A stretch of DNA of 64,000 bases from an uncultured Pelagibacteraceae bacterium. Lineage in GTDB: Bacteria > Pseudomonadota > Alphaproteobacteria > Pelagibacterales > Pelagibacteraceae. A model generated the notes under the pieces. That model was not told the DNA's origin and searched no databases. It saw nothing but the letters and a program-made list of their open reading frames with translations. The position numbers and the translations under genes are program-made. The stretch covers positions 20,489-84,488 of the forward strand of contig CACIWX010000002.1 in assembly GCA_902590465.1 (NCBI GenBank), given 5' to 3'. Shown here one piece after another: positions 60,762 through 64,000 of the stretch (the stretch's first letter is position 1; each line of letters begins with the position of its first letter).

Positions 60762-61828
60762 TTAAATAAACCTTTCAAACCTTTTTCTGAAGCTTCACAA
60801 ATACCTTTTTCCGTGATTAACCCTGTAACTAGTTTAGCAGGTGTAATATCAAAGGCTAGGTTTAATGACTTGCTTTTTTGTGGGTAAATTCTAACCTTTT
60901 TAATTTCATTATTTTCATCTATTCCCTCAACATGTGATAGCTCCTCTGAATTTCTTTCTTCGATGGGAATTTGTTTATGATCTTTTATATTCCAGTCTAT
61001 AGTTGAACTTGGTAAAGCAACATAAAATGGAACATTATTATCTTTTGCAGATAAAGCTTTTAGATAAGTTCCAATTTTATTGCATACATCTCCATTGGAT
61101 AAAGTTCTATCAGTTCCCACAATGCACATATCAACTTGCCCCCTTTGCATTAAAATTCCACCAGCGTTATCAGTAATTACAGTATTCGATATTCCTTCTT
61201 CATTTAATTCATATGAGGTTAGATTAGCTCCTTGATTTCTTGGTCTTGTTTCATCAACCCAAACGTGGACTTTTATTCCTTTCTGATGAGCATGATAAAT
61301 TGGTGATGTAGCAGTCCCCCAATCTATTGTTGCCAACCAACCAGCATTGCAATGAGTTAGTATATTTACTGTATCTTTTTTTTTGTCTGAAATTTTCTCA
61401 ATTATTTTAAGACCATTCAAGCCGATATTTTTACAAAATCCTTCATCCTCATCTTTTATGGCTTTTGCCTCTGCCAAAGCTATTTTCAAAATATCTTTCT
61501 CATTAATGCCAGTTAATTTTTGCATCATTCTATCTACTGCCCATTTAAGATTAATTGCAGTTGGCCTAGATGCAATTAATTCCTCGCTAGATTTTTTTAA
61601 AAATGATAAATCATTATTTTCAATTATGGATAAAACTAATCCATATGCAGCAGTAGCTCCAATTAAAGGTGCTCCTCTTACTTCCATTGTCTTGATTGCA
61701 TTAATAGCATCTTGAACTTTTTTAAGATCTTTAATAATAAATTGATGTGGAAGTTTTGTTTGATCTATTATTTTAACTAAACCATTTTCAAACCAAATAG
61801 TTTTGTAAGACTTTCCCTCTATTTTCAT
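60758..61828 (-). CDS. mtnA: Methylthioribose-1-phosphate isomerase
   Basis: DQTKLP, VRGAP, RPTA.NL, THCNAG, DETRP..QG, NKIGT; start adjusted to 61828. Confidence 0.95.
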   Translation of the reverse strand: MKIEGKSYKTIWFENGLVKIIDQTKLPHQFIIKDLKKVQDAINAIKTMEVRGAPLIGATAAYGLVLSIIENNDLSFLKKSSEELIASRPTAINLKWAVDRMMQKLTGINEKDILKIALAEAKAIKDEDEGFCKNIGLNGLKIIEKISDKKKDTVNILTHCNAGWLATIDWGTATSPIYHAHQKGIKVHVWVDETRPRNQGANLTSYELNEEGISNTVITDNAGGILMQRGQVDMCIVGTDRTLSNGDVCNKIGTYLKALSAKDNNVPFYVALPSSTIDWNIKDHKQIPIEERNSEELSHVEGIDENNEIKKVRIYPQKSKSLNLAFDITPAKLVTGLITEKGICEASEKGLKGLFK

Positions 61829-62271
61829 TTTCTTTTTTCCATTTTTTTTAATCTTTTTTTTAAACTTGGTGTTAAAGAATTGAACCATTTTTTTTCCTGT
61901 CCTGATTTAGGTAAGACTTCTCCATACTCAATCATTTGATCAGGCAATAAATCTTCTAAGTAAACCCACACGAAATCACTTCTTAAATTTGTGTTTTTTA
62001 TCAAAATTTTTCTTAATCCTAAAATTAATTTCTTTTTAACTTTTGATGTTCGTCCAGCTCTTATCTGTCCGTTTAAAAAAATTTCTTTAGTTTTTACCAT
62101 TTTGCCGCCCATGTAATGAGCATTTTTCTCATTTTTTTGAAAAATAACTTGGGCGAAAAAGGCATTTGCACCAGTAAATTTACTATGAGTATTTGAAATA
62201 TCATTAGCTAATGAATTTTTTTGCTTTTGTGAGAGATTAAAATTTGAATATTTTACCGTATATGTTGGCAT
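61825..62271 (-). CDS. Tautomerase superfamily protein (Pro-1; cis-CaaD-like)
   Basis: MPTY start, H...TGA..FFAQV.F, GQIRAGR, M.EYG..LP. Confidence 0.78.
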   Translation of the reverse strand: MPTYTVKYSNFNLSQKQKNSLANDISNTHSKFTGANAFFAQVIFQKNEKNAHYMGGKMVKTKEIFLNGQIRAGRTSKVKKKLILGLRKILIKNTNLRSDFVWVYLEDLLPDQMIEYGEVLPKSGQEKKWFNSLTPSLKKRLKKMEKRK

Positions 62272-62276
62272 TAAAG

Positions 62277-63152
62277 TTATTTTTTATTTAGAACTCTTCC
62301 AGCAACGTTTTTTAATTTTTTAATTGTCTTTTTTGTCCTTAATTTTGGATCAGTAATAATAGCAACATCTAAACATTCATTTGCAGGATCTTTCTCTATT
62401 GAATAATTTTTGAAAGTTTTAATTATTTCTTTAATCATATTTTGTGCATTAGTTGCATTTTTAATTAAAGTTTGGATTACCATGTTTACATCAACTTCTT
62501 CATGATCAGGATGCCAACAATCGTAGTCTGTTACCATAGCAACAGTGCAATATCTTATCTCTGCCTCTCTGGCCAATTTAGCTTCAGGCATATTAGTCAT
62601 ACCTATAACATCAGCTTCCCACGATCTGTATAAATTTGACTCGGCTAATGTAGAAAATTGAGGACCCTCCATAACAACATAAGTTCCATTTTTCTGATAA
62701 TTTATATTTAATTTTTTTAGAGCTGCCTCACAACAATTAGCCAAACCAGGACTCGTAGGCTTTGCCATTGAAACATGAGCTACAATTTCATCAGTAAAAA
62801 AAGTTTTAATTCTTGAAAAAGTCCTATCAATAAATTGGTCAACTATAACAAATTTTCCTGGTTCTAAATTTTCTTTCAATGATCCAACAGCTGACACTGA
62901 TATCAAGTCTGTAACTCCCATTTGTTTCATTGCATCAATATTTGCTCTGAAGTTTATATTAGTTGGATTAATTTTATGACCCCTGGCGTGTCTTGGGATG
63001 AAGCAAATTTCTTCATCGCCTATTTTTGCAATTAAAATTTCATCAGATGGTTTTCCCCAAGGTGTATTAATTTTTTTCCATTTAGTTTTCTCAAAACCTT
63101 CCATTTTATATAAACCACTTCCACCAATTATCCCGAGTTTTCTTTTTTTCAT
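62277..63152 (-). CDS. mtnP: 5'-methylthioadenosine phosphorylase
   Basis: GIIGGSGLY, PRHARGH, DQFIDRT, EGPQFST.AES, VTDYDCWH. Confidence 0.93.
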   Translation of the reverse strand: MKKRKLGIIGGSGLYKMEGFEKTKWKKINTPWGKPSDEILIAKIGDEEICFIPRHARGHKINPTNINFRANIDAMKQMGVTDLISVSAVGSLKENLEPGKFVIVDQFIDRTFSRIKTFFTDEIVAHVSMAKPTSPGLANCCEAALKKLNINYQKNGTYVVMEGPQFSTLAESNLYRSWEADVIGMTNMPEAKLAREAEIRYCTVAMVTDYDCWHPDHEEVDVNMVIQTLIKNATNAQNMIKEIIKTFKNYSIEKDPANECLDVAIITDPKLRTKKTIKKLKNVAGRVLNKK

Positions 63153-63183
63153 TATTTAATTATTAATGCTTTTTTGCTAAGAC

Positions 63184-63723
63184 TTGAAGTTAATTATGAA
63201 CTTAAAAAAATATATCAGATCAATACCTGATTATCCAAAAAAAGGTATACTATTTAGAGATATCACAACTTTGATTAAAAATGCTGATGCATTTAAATAT
63301 ACTAATGACGAAATTATTAATTTAGCTAAAAATATCGAATTTGATAAAGTTGCTGCAATAGAGTCAAGAGGTTTTGTTTTTGCATCAACAGTCTCTTATC
63401 AATTAAAGAAACCATTCATATTGCTTCGAAAAAAAAATAAATTGCCAGCTGAAGTTCATTCTGTTGACTTTGAACTTGAGTATGGAAAAGCAACTATTGA
63501 AGTTCATAAAGACTCTATAGAAAAAGATGAAAAAATCTTAATAATTGATGATCTGATTGCAACTGGTGGAACTGCCGAAGCAGCAGCAAAGTTAATTGAA
63601 ATTTCTGGTGGTAAAGTTGCAGGATTTATTTTTGTTATTAATCTTTTTGATTTACCTGGAAATGATTTATTAAAAACTAAGGGCTATAAAACTAAGAGTT
63701 TAATAGAGTTTCCTGGTCACTAA
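63184..63723 (+). CDS. apt: Adenine phosphoribosyltransferase
   Basis: PDYPKKGILFRDIT, ESRGF, LEYG, IDDLIATGGT. Confidence 0.96.
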   Translation: MKLIMNLKKYIRSIPDYPKKGILFRDITTLIKNADAFKYTNDEIINLAKNIEFDKVAAIESRGFVFASTVSYQLKKPFILLRKKNKLPAEVHSVDFELEYGKATIEVHKDSIEKDEKILIIDDLIATGGTAEAAAKLIEISGGKVAGFIFVINLFDLPGNDLLKTKGYKTKSLIEFPGH

Positions 63724-64000
63724 GAATTTTTTCTACAAAACTCTTTTATATAATCTTTTAAATTAATTTTTCCAAAATACTTATACATCTTATTAGAAAG
63801 ACTCTTATTTATAAGTGCTGATGCATATCTTTCCCCAGCTCTCTTTGGCAAATATTTTATTTTTGATTTAAACATTTTAGCAACCTCTAACAGTGAGTAA
63901 GACTTTTTATTTGCTATGCTGTAATGCCTGCAAAGATTTTTTTTCCAAGCTAAATAACAAATATAGATCGTATCATCTATGTGCGTAAATCTCCTTGTTT
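63720..64000 (-). CDS. NAD-dependent epimerase/dehydratase, C-terminal part (runs off window end)
   Basis: Manual translation TRRFTHIDDT...YSLLEVAKMF...LPKRAGER...LKDYIKEF...NS*. Confidence 0.75.
   Translation of the reverse strand, partial: TRRFTHIDDTIYICYLAWKKNLCRHYSIANKKSYSLLEVAKMFKSKIKYLPKRAGERYASALINKSLSNKMYKYFGKINLKDYIKEFCRKNS

Noticed and set aside
6915-61715. Numerous 60-130 aa ORFs antisense to or overlapping identified genes (e.g. 6915, 9237, 10809, 18345, 26946, 41369, 49012, 61383)
   Set aside because: Fully overlap well-supported CDSs; typical shadow ORFs
60758-61888. Long N-terminal extensions of mtnA, cinA-like, proX and AsmA-like ORFs in the ORF track
   Set aside because: They overlap neighbouring genes or lack an SD; downstream ATGs (61828, 13163, 38856, 11356) fit family lengths better

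Overview
This is a very AT-rich, tightly packed alphaproteobacterial chromosome segment; gene content, overlapping genes and tiny intergenic spaces resemble Pelagibacterales (SAR11), which is an inference. Bases ~11.4-64 kb are mostly core genes: sfsA-map-purBCSQL-bolA-grxD, rpsD, cimA, cysS, nadE, class II DAHP synthase, glmS plus a half glmU, prpBC, proXW, zur-znuBC/znuA, nrdAB, dusA, rpoZ, glycosyl/methyltransferases, and an MTA salvage cluster (speD-speE fusion, class II aldolase, mtnA, tautomerase, mtnP, apt). The first ~11 kb is an accessory island upstream of tRNA-Leu(TAA). Its proximal unit is a 4,936-bp integrase-less element bounded by a 159-bp direct repeat made of the 5' half of the tRNA plus its upstream region. 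It carries one 1,532-aa gene with an SF1 helicase / Vsr-like nuclease / Zn-finger / WYL-like architecture, a candidate stand-alone anti-phage system. Paired CTAGT motifs recur at cassette borders through the island, consistent with serial site-specific capture of cargo cassettes.
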